64,000 nt of DNA from the human T2T-CHM13v2.0 reference genome, Homo sapiens. The stretch lies in assembly GCF_009914755.1 (NCBI RefSeq), contig NC_060934.1. One strand, given 5' to 3'. The notes beneath the pieces are model-generated. The model was not told the DNA's origin, made no database searches, and worked only from the letters and a program-made list of their open reading frames with translations. Both the position numbers and the translations under genes were made by a program. Below, in pieces: positions 54,381 through 64,000 of this stretch; the first letter of the stretch is position 1, and each line of letters opens with the position of its first letter.

Positions 54381-57300
54381 GCCCCCACCTCTCCTGGGTG
54401 CCTTCCTTCAGAGTTTGTATCCAGACCCTTTGTTCAGACTCTCAGTTCCCGCTGACACTCCAGGGCATGCATTTATCAGAGATGGAAGCCCTAACCCAGA
54501 GGCTGGGCCCTGGGAGAGGATTTGAGCCCTTGGCCGGTTGGTGGGGGAGACTTTGTGGATGAAGGCCCAGTCTAACTTGGTATTGCAGGAACAAATTAAC
54601 AAATATAGCATCTGGCAAAATATTGTACTTGGAGAATTCTAAGGTCATACCCTGAGAGGTGCTTTGAGTGTCTTTGAGCCTGGATGTCCCTGGGAGGCTT
54701 GGCTCTCCCATGCCACATCCCACAAGTAATTGCTAAGTGTGAACGTGTCTGATGACAGAAGCCTCACTTTTCCCCCAGACTTCAATTTCATCTTGGGAAA
54801 TTCCCATGGAATTTCTCCTTTCTCTGCTACTCTCCTGTGCTTGTCCTCACTGTGTACCCTACCCCTCGTGTAGGTCTATCTGTGGATCTGGGGGCTAAGC
54901 CTTTTTGGTGGTGGGGGCTGGCCTCCCTTAGGGTCCCTGGGTCCTGGGATAGAGAAAAGCCAACCCCACTGTTGGGTGAGATGTAGCCACCTGCTGCCAG
55001 GTCTAGGAGGAGGTCAAGTTGCTGGGCATTGTTCTCTGCTTCCGAGTGGACCTGCCCATGGTACTCAGCCCCTCTTCTTCCAGGAGAAAGGACCAGCCAG
55101 AATGAATCTGAAACAGAGAAGAGGGTGGCTGGAAGTGACCTTGGGCTGGAACCTCCCCCATGGGAAGCCATCAGCCCATCAAATCACCTTTCTTTTGGGC
55201 TCAGGCTTTGATCTCCTCCCAAATCCAGGTCAAAGCGAGGCCTTGGGCATCTTTTCCGGAAAGCTGTCACCAATGCACCTTTCTCTGTGTCCCCAGGCCT
55301 CTGGCCAGCACTGGGTCCTCCTGGGCCCTCCCGCTCCTACAGCATGACAGGGAGCTGCCCGCTGGCACACGGGCCAAGCAATTAAGAAACTGTATTTTTC
55401 TCCTCCTCGCTTCCCTAATTGTTATTTTTGTCCCTGCTTTCAAACCATCCCCGGTTTTTATTTCATCTTGCCCCAGTGCGGTGCGCCTGGCAGAAAAAGC
55501 CAGCCCACTCAGTGGGAGGCAATTTTCCCAGCGTGTCCGGCGATAATTCCAACACGACCGCTTTGTACATATAATTATAAAACCAGGGGCCACCAAAGTG
55601 CACCTATAGAGCAGAGTCTTGACTGTTCTTGGTTCTGTTTTAATTATTAAGCCTTAAAGCAAAAACTAGGTTTCAAAGAAAACTTTCTGTACAGCCCTCA
55701 ATAGAGTTAAAGGAGGAACATTTTAAGCTGATGAGCTGACACTTGTAGAAGCAAATATATTAAATAAATCATGATTCGTTTTGGGGGCAAAGTCTGACTT
55801 ACATCAACTCTGGAAAAAATGGATCTTAATGAGTGACAGTTGGGTGTTTTCTGTCACTTCCTGAGGTAATGGCCGCAAGCTGACATTGCTCAGTGGGTGT
55901 CTCATACTTCTGAACAAAAGTTTTTTGGAGTGAGATAGACAAGGTAGAAATCCCAAGGTGACTAGGAGGAATGTCTAATGAGTGGAAAGACATATTTACT
56001 GGCAGTCTGTATGTAAGCTGTGACAGTTGACAGGACTTGATTGTAACAAATATAGTTGATGAAGAAAAGGCTGACAGAGAGGGGGCCGTCGTTGGGGGAG
56101 AGAGTCAAAAGCCCTGCCTTGGCTGAACCCTGTTAATGGTAAGTTGGATACAAAGCTCAGTCATGAAAGGGAGCTGGGATCTGGCACTGATGTCTAAACA
56201 CAGAAATGTGCTGAGCTTGCAGGAGGTCGTAAGAGGTTCAGACTTGTTGACCTTTTTGCCCATGACTTTAGAAGCTGGTGTTTCTGGTAGCATCTGGGGC
56301 CAGAAGATGACCCCCGCTCTAGGAACGTAGGTGACCTTGGGGCCCAGGATATCCATGTCTGGGGCATGGACAGGGCCTTTGTCCTTAATTCATGGAAGGC
56401 TCACCTGGGTAGCTATCATGACCAAGAGTCACTGGGCTCTGGCCAGTTGACCCCAGTGGGCACCCGTAAGGCACACTCGAGGTGGGAGGGAGATTGGACA
56501 AGAAAACATTTCTGGAATCTTCCATTCTTGTGTGTTCCTGACCCCCTTCATTCTACTACTCTCGTCAACCTCCCCCCTGCTCAATTTCTCCTCTGCCCCC
56601 CACTTCCACCCTCTCCCCAGCACAAAAGGAGTGATTGGCCTGGAAAAGGCAGAGCTGACTGGCATATTAAATCATGACACTTTGTAACTGACTGGTCAGG
56701 GCTTCAACAATCGGCTTGCCAATGAGCTCTGCACTTCTTCCCCCAGGCAAATGTCACACTGAAACTAAACAGGATCTTTTTTTCATCCTACATGCTGTTT
56801 TCTATGCCACATATTATTTTATAGTTGAAAATAGGCTAACTCTTTAAAATGCACAGAGCCTGCTGTACTTTTATCATGGGCTTATTTTGGAGGAGAGGCT
56901 GACTGAGGAGGGGTGAGGGGTAGTGGAAAGAATGTGTCGACTGGTGATGAGAGTTTGACCAACATCTTGACCTTGCCTTGTTTGAATGAATGAATGAATA
57001 AATGAAGGTAAAGAAATAGACATTTTTAAAGATGGAAAGAGAGATGGATGGAAGTGATTAGAGCATGGGAGGCTAATGAGCCGTCCACATCAGAAGTTGA
57101 ATTCTTTTGCTGTGCGTCCTCATCAGCACCTTGACTTGTCATAATCACTATCTTTCCTATTTTGATTGGCCAGGGCAAGTATTCCTTACCTCTGTGTTGA
57201 TTTTATATCTGCTCTGTGATTTGGAAAATGGGATCCATTTCTGTTAATTCCTCAGATCTCAAGTAAAGTATCCATTTCCTGACTTTGATATTGCTCCAAT

Positions 57301-59479
57301 TAGAAAACCCTTAGCAGTAGTCTTGGCTAACACGACCCCACTTTCTCCAGGTTGGTTCATGTGAACTCCACTCACTGCCTTGGAAGGAGAGCTTGGGTAA
57401 GACTAGCTAAATGGAGCCCTTCACTGGCCATGAGGTGTCGCCCAGCTCAGTGTCAAGGACACTGGTTGACTGCAGCTCAGTGGGTCACTACTTCCCACAA
57501 CTCCCAGTGATGCCTGAAAATGTTCCCTACATGGCTCAGCCACTTGGGGTGGTAGAGGAATAAGGGATTGTGACTTACCCAGAAGTTAGGGCTTCTTATT
57601 AACAGGGCAGCCATTTGTAGAATGAGATTTGGGGATGAGGGGGAGGTGTGGATTGAGTAGAGAGGGCCTTGTAGCTCGGGAAAGAGGATGCATTTGGTTT
57701 GAGATGAGGCAGTTATGATTTGGGAAGGAATGGAAGGCAGTGGTTTCTCTCTTCTACCCCAGAAGCATAGGTCTATTATTATATAGTTTTACTTTTTTTC
57801 CCTTGAGCAAGTAACTTTTTCTTTCTGAGCTTCAATGTCCTCATCTATAGAATAAAGTCATTCATTAGTCTAGATGAACTTGGATGTGACTTCTGGCTCA
57901 AAATCTTTCGGATTTCATTACCCACCATAGCATGAAGGTTAACAATGAGAAGAGAGAACAGAAGATGAGCTTTTCATTAAACTCTCAGAGGTCATACCTG
58001 TATGTCCAGGGCTCTCTGAGAGAAGGACGGTTTGGGACTCCTAAGCTATGAGACCTGGCCTCAAACATTTTTAAGGATGAGCTCCCAACATTGTCCAACC
58101 AGAGTCAAGACTGCCTGGGTATGGCTCCCCAGAGCAAATGGCCCTCCGGACTGATGTGTTTCCTTTGCTTATGGATGGTGCCAGGCAGGCCTGAGAGACC
58201 CCTGGTGAGAAGGCTTGAAGGGGAGTTGCCTTCTGGAGCTGTGGGTGGAGTCTCCAGGATGGGGCATGACCCACTTTCCTGCTGTAGAAAATACCTCAAT
58301 ACTGCTCCACGTAAGAGGCAGATAACTCTGGGAGGGCCTGGCCAACTGGGTTCAGTCTTATCTGGTTTAACAATGGAAGGGGAAGACTTTTCTCAAAGCT
58401 TCTCCGGCTCCTGGATATTTTTCCATTCCTTGCAAAAATTGTTTTCGTGTGCGGATCCCCAGCCCACTCTTCCAAATTCACCACGCATCATCTCCAGTGC
58501 TGGGGCAGGCTTGAGTTCTGACTTCACCTTGGCTGAGAACCAGCTGTGCAGAGAAGTCGTGGAACCTTCCCTAGATCTCAGCTTTCTCTGTGTAAAATGA
58601 AGGAAATGAACAAATTCAGTCATATTTTAACTTTTAGTGGTCACTTTTAAAAAGTGACTTTCCATCCCCAAATAAACCCTCTCCTAGAACCCCAGTACAT
58701 GTATCAGACAAACTTGTAGTTTGATTGAAGATCTGATTGAAATGGGGCTGGGACCCCATCAGTGACTCCAGGGTGTGCCTCTGCAGCCCCCGTAGCTCAC
58801 AATGGGGATATCACAGGTCTGGACAGCCAAGGCCCCTCTTGGCCCGCCCCTCCCACCGCATCTGAGCTCCTGTCGCCATCTGCCTGAACTCATTCTGAGT
58901 GAAAGAGAGTTCATGGGATCAGCAGGCAGAAAGCGATTTTCCAGGGGGCTGAGGAGTCTGCAGTGGGCTGGAGCACAGGGGGGTTTTTCATTCCTTGAAG
59001 CCTTAAATTATTGACTGGGGAAGGAACCACATTTGTGCTTTAATTCCAGATAAGCACATTCTAGCCATTCCGGCTGCATGATGGTTTCCCCTTCCAGCAC
59101 CCCCATCCTGATGTGTGGAGAAGGAATAGCACCTGCTAGAATTAACTCTTCCATCTCCAGGCCTTCAGTTTTTTTCAGGAAGAGGCAGCAGAGAGGAAGA
59201 GCCAGACAAGAGGCTCTAGTCTTCTGAAAACCCTCAACACTGGGGAAAGCACCCCTTGTTTTGGAAGGCAGAGATGTCACCAACACAATTCATCTAGGTG
59301 CAACATCTAGGGAACGCCGGAGGTTGGAAGAATTCTAGGAAGAGTTGCCCTCCATAAACAATCTGATTCCTCTTTGGAAATATTGGTGGCTGTGACTATG
59401 GGAGTAAGTTGGCTCAAAAACATGAGGCCTCACTCGGTTCCTTCCATTGAATGAGAGGGACTCCAGCAAGTGGCTTTAA

Positions 59480-60170
59480 TGATATTGCAGAGAACTAAAC
59501 CGCGCTGAATGCTTACCAAGGACTTACAATGAAGCCTCATGCGAAGAGCTTCACAGGGTTTATCTCACTCAGTGCTCACAGCAACTCTGCGAGATGCGTC
59601 TTTTCCTGTCTCATTTTCAGAGGAGGACACCAAGACCTGAGAAGGCTAAGAAAACTGCTCATGATCACATCTATAGTTAGAAATGGAGCCAAAACTCAAA
59701 TTGGGGCTTTGCAACTCTCTGGCAATCCCATCTACTATCCTGAGTCGACTGTCATGTCTTCAATTCAACCACAGGCCAAGGAGATGGGCTGTGATGGATT
59801 TCTGTCCTGCTGGGACACTTGCTAGCTGTGCCAGCCTGGGGACAATAATTCCTGCCACATGGGGTTGTTCTAAGGACATGTGAGACACTGAGCACCCACC
59901 TGCAGTGCACACTAGTTCCCTGAAAATAACGGAGCTGGACACTGGGGTTACTGACAATGCATCAGGCATGCGTGGCTCAAGTGTTCCATACACATCATTT
60001 CATGTAAAACTCACAATGATTCTATGAGTTACTCATTTTATCTCCATTTTCCTGATGAGAAAAGCAGCACAGAGAGGTTAAGAAATTTACCTGAAATCAC
60101 ACAGCCAGCAGCAGAAGTAGATATGAAAGTGGGCAGTCTGCCTGCAGAGCCTGCCCCCAAAACACCGTGT
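59480..60170. mobile_element. Cluster of MIR fragments (approx. 59480-59720 minus, 59815-59900 plus, 59950-60170 minus)
   Basis: Cores cattttcagaggaggacac and ctccattttcctgatgagaaaagcagcacagagaggttaag. Confidence 0.65.
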
Positions 60171-60189
60171 TCTATTGCTTTCTCCTTTT

Positions 60190-60590
60190 TCATTAATCAT
60201 CTCAACACATATTTAGGGGATGTTTATTATGTCCAGCACTGTGCTGGGCACTGAGGCAACAATGGTGAACAAAAACATAAACGTGGTTTCTGCTCCCTTA
60301 GAACTTATATTCCAGAGAGAGAGACAGACAGTAATCAAATATGTGTAAATATATAATAAATGTAGAATTGCAACTGAAGAAAGATTTATGGACAAGTGCT
60401 GTGATGCTCTAAGAGCCTATGATAGGGGACTTAGTTAGGGAGGACAGGAAGGACTTCCTGGAGGAAGTGGCAATTTATCAGTGGTGAGGAGGAGTCTGGG
60501 CGTGTAGGAGCATTCCATGCAGAGAGAGCTAGACTTCCGAGGGCCTCTGGCGGGAGGGAGCTTGGGAAGGTGTGCAGAGCATAGTGAGGG
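60190..60590 (-). mobile_element. L2 3' fragment
   Basis: caacacatatttag...ccagcactgtgctgggcactg...ggaaggacttcctggaggaagtg. Confidence 0.75.
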
Positions 60591-60594
60591 GAAC

Positions 60595-60753
60595 AGGAGG
60601 CAGGGTTTGCAGGGCCCTGTGCAAAATGAAAATGTGGGCTCTTAAAAAAATTATTAAGAATCTCAGGACAATAAGAGCAGGAACCTTCAGAGTGTGTGTG
60701 TTCTTGGGGGTCTTGTTGGTTGCACAGGTCACATGTCCTATGAAGCCAGTCCA
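60595..60753 (-). mobile_element. MER45A-like hAT-Tip100 element
   Basis: tttgcagggccctgtgcaaaatgaaaatgtggg...ttattaagaatctcagga...tgcacaggtcacatgtcctatgaagccagtcc. Confidence 0.75.
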
Positions 60754-61346
60754 GGTAGAGAAAAGGCTGGGGAGGGAGTTGGGCAGATCATAGAGCCCCC
60801 AAGTCCACCTCCAGGATTCCCAGTCAGTATTCTGAGAGCAATGGAAGCCACCGAAGACCTCACCTGTGGGTGGGACCTGCTCAGCTCTGTCTCTAGAGGG
60901 ACCCTCTGGCTGCTGGGTAGGAAAGTGTTTGCAGGGGACTGGGTGGGCGAACTCATAGCAAGCAGGAAAAGAGCCAAGTACCTGGGGAAGTTCTCCACCT
61001 CCCCAGGCCTGGCCTGGTTTTCTCCTCCACGGGAAAGGAGAGTGCCACCCACTCCCTTGATGACCAGAATGCGTGGGCAGAGATCTGGGCCGTGGAGCCT
61101 TTTCATGGCCGACGTGCACGGACCTGGCACAAAAGCTCCCCGATCATTTCCTACTGACCTCCCAAAGGCTGATAGATGAGCGTGACTCCCACCAACGTCC
61201 AAAGCCAAGGGCATGGGGGCAGCTTGTGAGTGGGAGTTTTGAAGAGCTCTTTTTTTAAAAGAAGGACCCCAGAGCTGAGGACATTGAGAACTGAACCCCT
61301 GAGCCTTTCGCCTTCGTGTTCAATTTCAATGCGAGATGGCTGCCCC

Positions 61347-61351
<5 letters not shown>

Positions 61352-61396
<45 letters not shown>
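61352..61396. repeat. (TA)n microsatellite (~22 units)
   Basis: Directly visible. Confidence 0.97.
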
Positions 61397-61399
<3 letters not shown>

Positions 61400-62879
61400 G
61401 ATAAAGCAAAACCAACCAGAAATGTCTCTTCTCTGAGCCACAGAGAACTTTTCTGAACACCAAAATCAATGGCTTTTCCCCCCATCCTGGTGTGTTGTAT
61501 GCAGACAGACATTTTACTGTGACAATTATAATAGCTCAGTTGGAAATTACCGTCTGGTTAGGCAGCTGAACCCATGCCTGGATCCAGCTTCAAACGCAGG
61601 TATCAGGGGCAAATTAGCACCGACATCAAGTTTTGGATTTTGTAAAAAGTGCTAGGTTGGGAGAAGAGTAGTGTAATTGTTCCCGTAGCTGAGGGTGAAG
61701 GTTAATACCTGGGGCCTTGGCTACCTGTGTCCGGGGCTCTCTTATACCTCACGGTGCACTCTTTGTAGACTGCCAAGCACACTGAAGCTCATTATATTTT
61801 CAATCTTCATTGAATTCTTCCAGAACACCCATCCTGTCTTTGATTGCTATCAAGAAGGAACAGCCATGATTCCCAGAGTATCAGAGACCCGTCCTTTCCC
61901 TTCCGCATGCTCCCCTCACTCAGAGGGAGGCCTCTGTCTCTGCCCAGGGGTCTCTGGGACTCGATGGCCGAAGACTCTGTTGTCTTTGGGGACCTCTCTG
62001 TTTAGGTTAATTACACAGATGACAAGGCATTGATGCCTCCTCTCCGGGATGGTTGGCAAACTTGACTAGACTCAAAATGAACCTCTTTGATTCCATCTGC
62101 AAAATTAGATCAGATTTGATAAAGTAAAGATGTACCCTTTGAAGTATTCCCCATCAACATAAGTGCTAAGAACACTTGAGTGAAGGAATTTGAGCAGTTT
62201 TGAAAGCAGCAGCATAGCAACTTCAATGAGGATTGCAGCTAAGGGCATGCCCAGAAGGCACAGGACTAACTGCATCTATCCTGCAGGCAATAAGCAATTG
62301 CTAAAGATTCCAGACTTCTCAAAGTTCAGAGTTCAACGTGGAAAAACTTTGTTGAACTTGTGATAGGCTGGGCTCTGTGGTTTGCATTCTGTTTTCAGAG
62401 GCTTTTAGGGTCCCAGCAGTTTTTCTGTTTCTGAGCTGTGTCTCCGCACCACAGGAACAAGGCTGTTTCTTTCTCTTTAACTACCATGCCGAGGTATGAA
62501 TTAAACTCTCAGCTGCTTTCCTGGGGTATGGTCCCTCCAGAGCTACAGGGCAGGACATCAGCAGGTGAAAAGTGACTGTTTATCCAAATGAAAGGCAAAA
62601 GATCTGTGTCAAAGCCCAACTCTGTCACCACCTAGCTGTGTGCCCCTGATGGAGTCCTTTAGTGTGCCCGAGTCTCAGCTTCCTCATCTCTCCAATGTCC
62701 CACGACAGCTACAAGTTACTGAGTCCCTTCTACGTGTCAATCAAATCCCTAACTTGCAATCGAACTATGCCCAAATGCGGTTATTGGGCCCCTTCTCCAC
62801 ACTGGAGCCCACACTTGGTGCTGGGGAGGAGATGCTAAATTAATCGCTGCATGGTCCCTCTAGGTCTAGCAGGGCACAG

Positions 62880-63060
62880 AGAGACCTAAACTAAGGCTAT
62901 AATAGAAAGTGTCGACTGTGGCGACAGGTGCACGTATAAAGTGCCATGGGAACTCAGAGGAAGGAGCAATTAGCTCTGCTGGAAGGAGCCAAGGAGAGGC
63001 GCGGAGGTGAGAGGTGAGGATTTGATCTGATGAGCCAATGAACAAGAAAGCATTTTGCAA
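62880..63060 (-). mobile_element. L2 fragment
   Basis: aagtgccatgggaactcagaggaaggagcaattagctctg. Confidence 0.55.
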
Positions 63061-63469
63061 TTTGTGGAGAGTTATAAAAGGAAAGCTTTTATTCTGATAT
63101 TAGGTAACATGAAACAGCTTGCAATTTGGGTTATTTTCTCTTAGCTTGGAATGGATTGATGGTAGCTTGGGAAACTCTTTAGCTTCAAAGGTATACAAGG
63201 ATGCTGTGAGGGTTTGAATCCAATAATCAATGCTAAGGGGAAATATTTTTATTAAAAAAATTAAAGTGTGTGAGCATTAGGCCAGTGGGAGGGTTATCAG
63301 ACCTGAAATGCTACTGTTTTGGGTAGTTTAGATACCCAAACGTGGGTGGGGCCCTTGTGCTGTGACCCTGAGGTCTTCACCTGTCTTGAAGGGAGCTGGA
63401 GGTTCAGATGTTGGTTCATACTGTTGGGAAATCCAGGAAGGCCCAATAAATACAGTCGTGTTTGTTTGT

Positions 63470-64000
63470 TTTTCTCTGGTTCCATATTGAATAACAGCAG
63501 TGAGAGTGGGCATCCTCGCCTTTTTCCCGGTCTTGAAGGGAAAGCACTCAGTCTTTCACTATTAAGTGTGGTGTTAGCCCAGCTGTGGGTGTTTTGTAGA
63601 TGCTATTTATCAAGTTGAGGAAGTCTCCCTCTATTCCTAGTTTGCTGATAAATTTTTATCATGAATGGGTGTAGGCTTGTGTCAAATGCTTTTCCCACAT
63701 GAATTGATATGATCATGTGGTTTTTCTTCTTTTATCTGTTGATATAGTGGATTATATTGATTGATTTTTGAGCGTTGAACCAGCCTAGCATACCTGGGAT
63801 AAATCCCACTTGGTCACAGTATATAATTCTTTTTACATACTGCTGGATTCAACTTGCTAATACTTTGTTGAGGGGTTTTGTGTGTAAGTTTATGAGAGAT
63901 ACTGGTTTGTGGTTTTATTTGTACTATGTCTATCTGTTTTTGGTATCAGGGTAATATTAGCCTCATAAACTGAGTTGCTTTCTGGAAATGCTTTCTGGAA
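63470..64000 (-). mobile_element. L1M ORF2 (RT region) fragment running off the window
   Basis: tgagagtgggcatcctcgcc...agtctttcactattaagt...caagttgaggaagtctccctctattcctag...tcaaatgcttt...gggataaatcccacttggtca. Confidence 0.9.

Noticed and set aside
58091-58600. 169-aa ORF
   Set aside because: Non-ATG start, no recognisable homology, 3' end runs into MIR-like sequence
60529-61214. Overlapping 158-196 aa ORFs on both strands
   Set aside because: GC-rich, partly MER45/L2-derived, no recognisable domain or splice structure

Overview
Primate (human-like) non-coding genomic DNA, intergenic or deep intronic. I see no recognisable protein-coding exon, RNA gene, CpG island or CRISPR array. The ORF track is explained by Alu/L1/microsatellite translations and chance ORFs. 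The region from about 5.7 to 29.4 kb is AT-rich and holds a nested stack of LINE-1s: an old minus-strand L1ME-type host contains a 5'-complete but 3'-truncated L1M (10339-21767), which contains an AluY and a ~7.2 kb full-length L1MA2/3-type element (12009-19256). Several MaLR/ERVL LTRs are also inserted. The region from 30 to 64 kb is more GC-rich, with Alus, MIR/L2 relics, hAT MITEs and unique segments carrying enhancer-like motif clusters. I found no evidence of a novel gene system. The most unusual directly visible signals are template-switch or duplication scars: a 277-bp ~98%-identical copy that replaces the RT core of the inner L1, a de novo hairpin in an AluY, a 60-bp duplication flanking an MLT1A LTR, and triplicated Alu TSDs. 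There is also a dense TGACAG (MEIS/TGIF-type) site cluster near 55.8-56.1 kb. Repeat subfamily names come from recall of consensus sequences, not a database search. Boundaries without TSDs are approximate.
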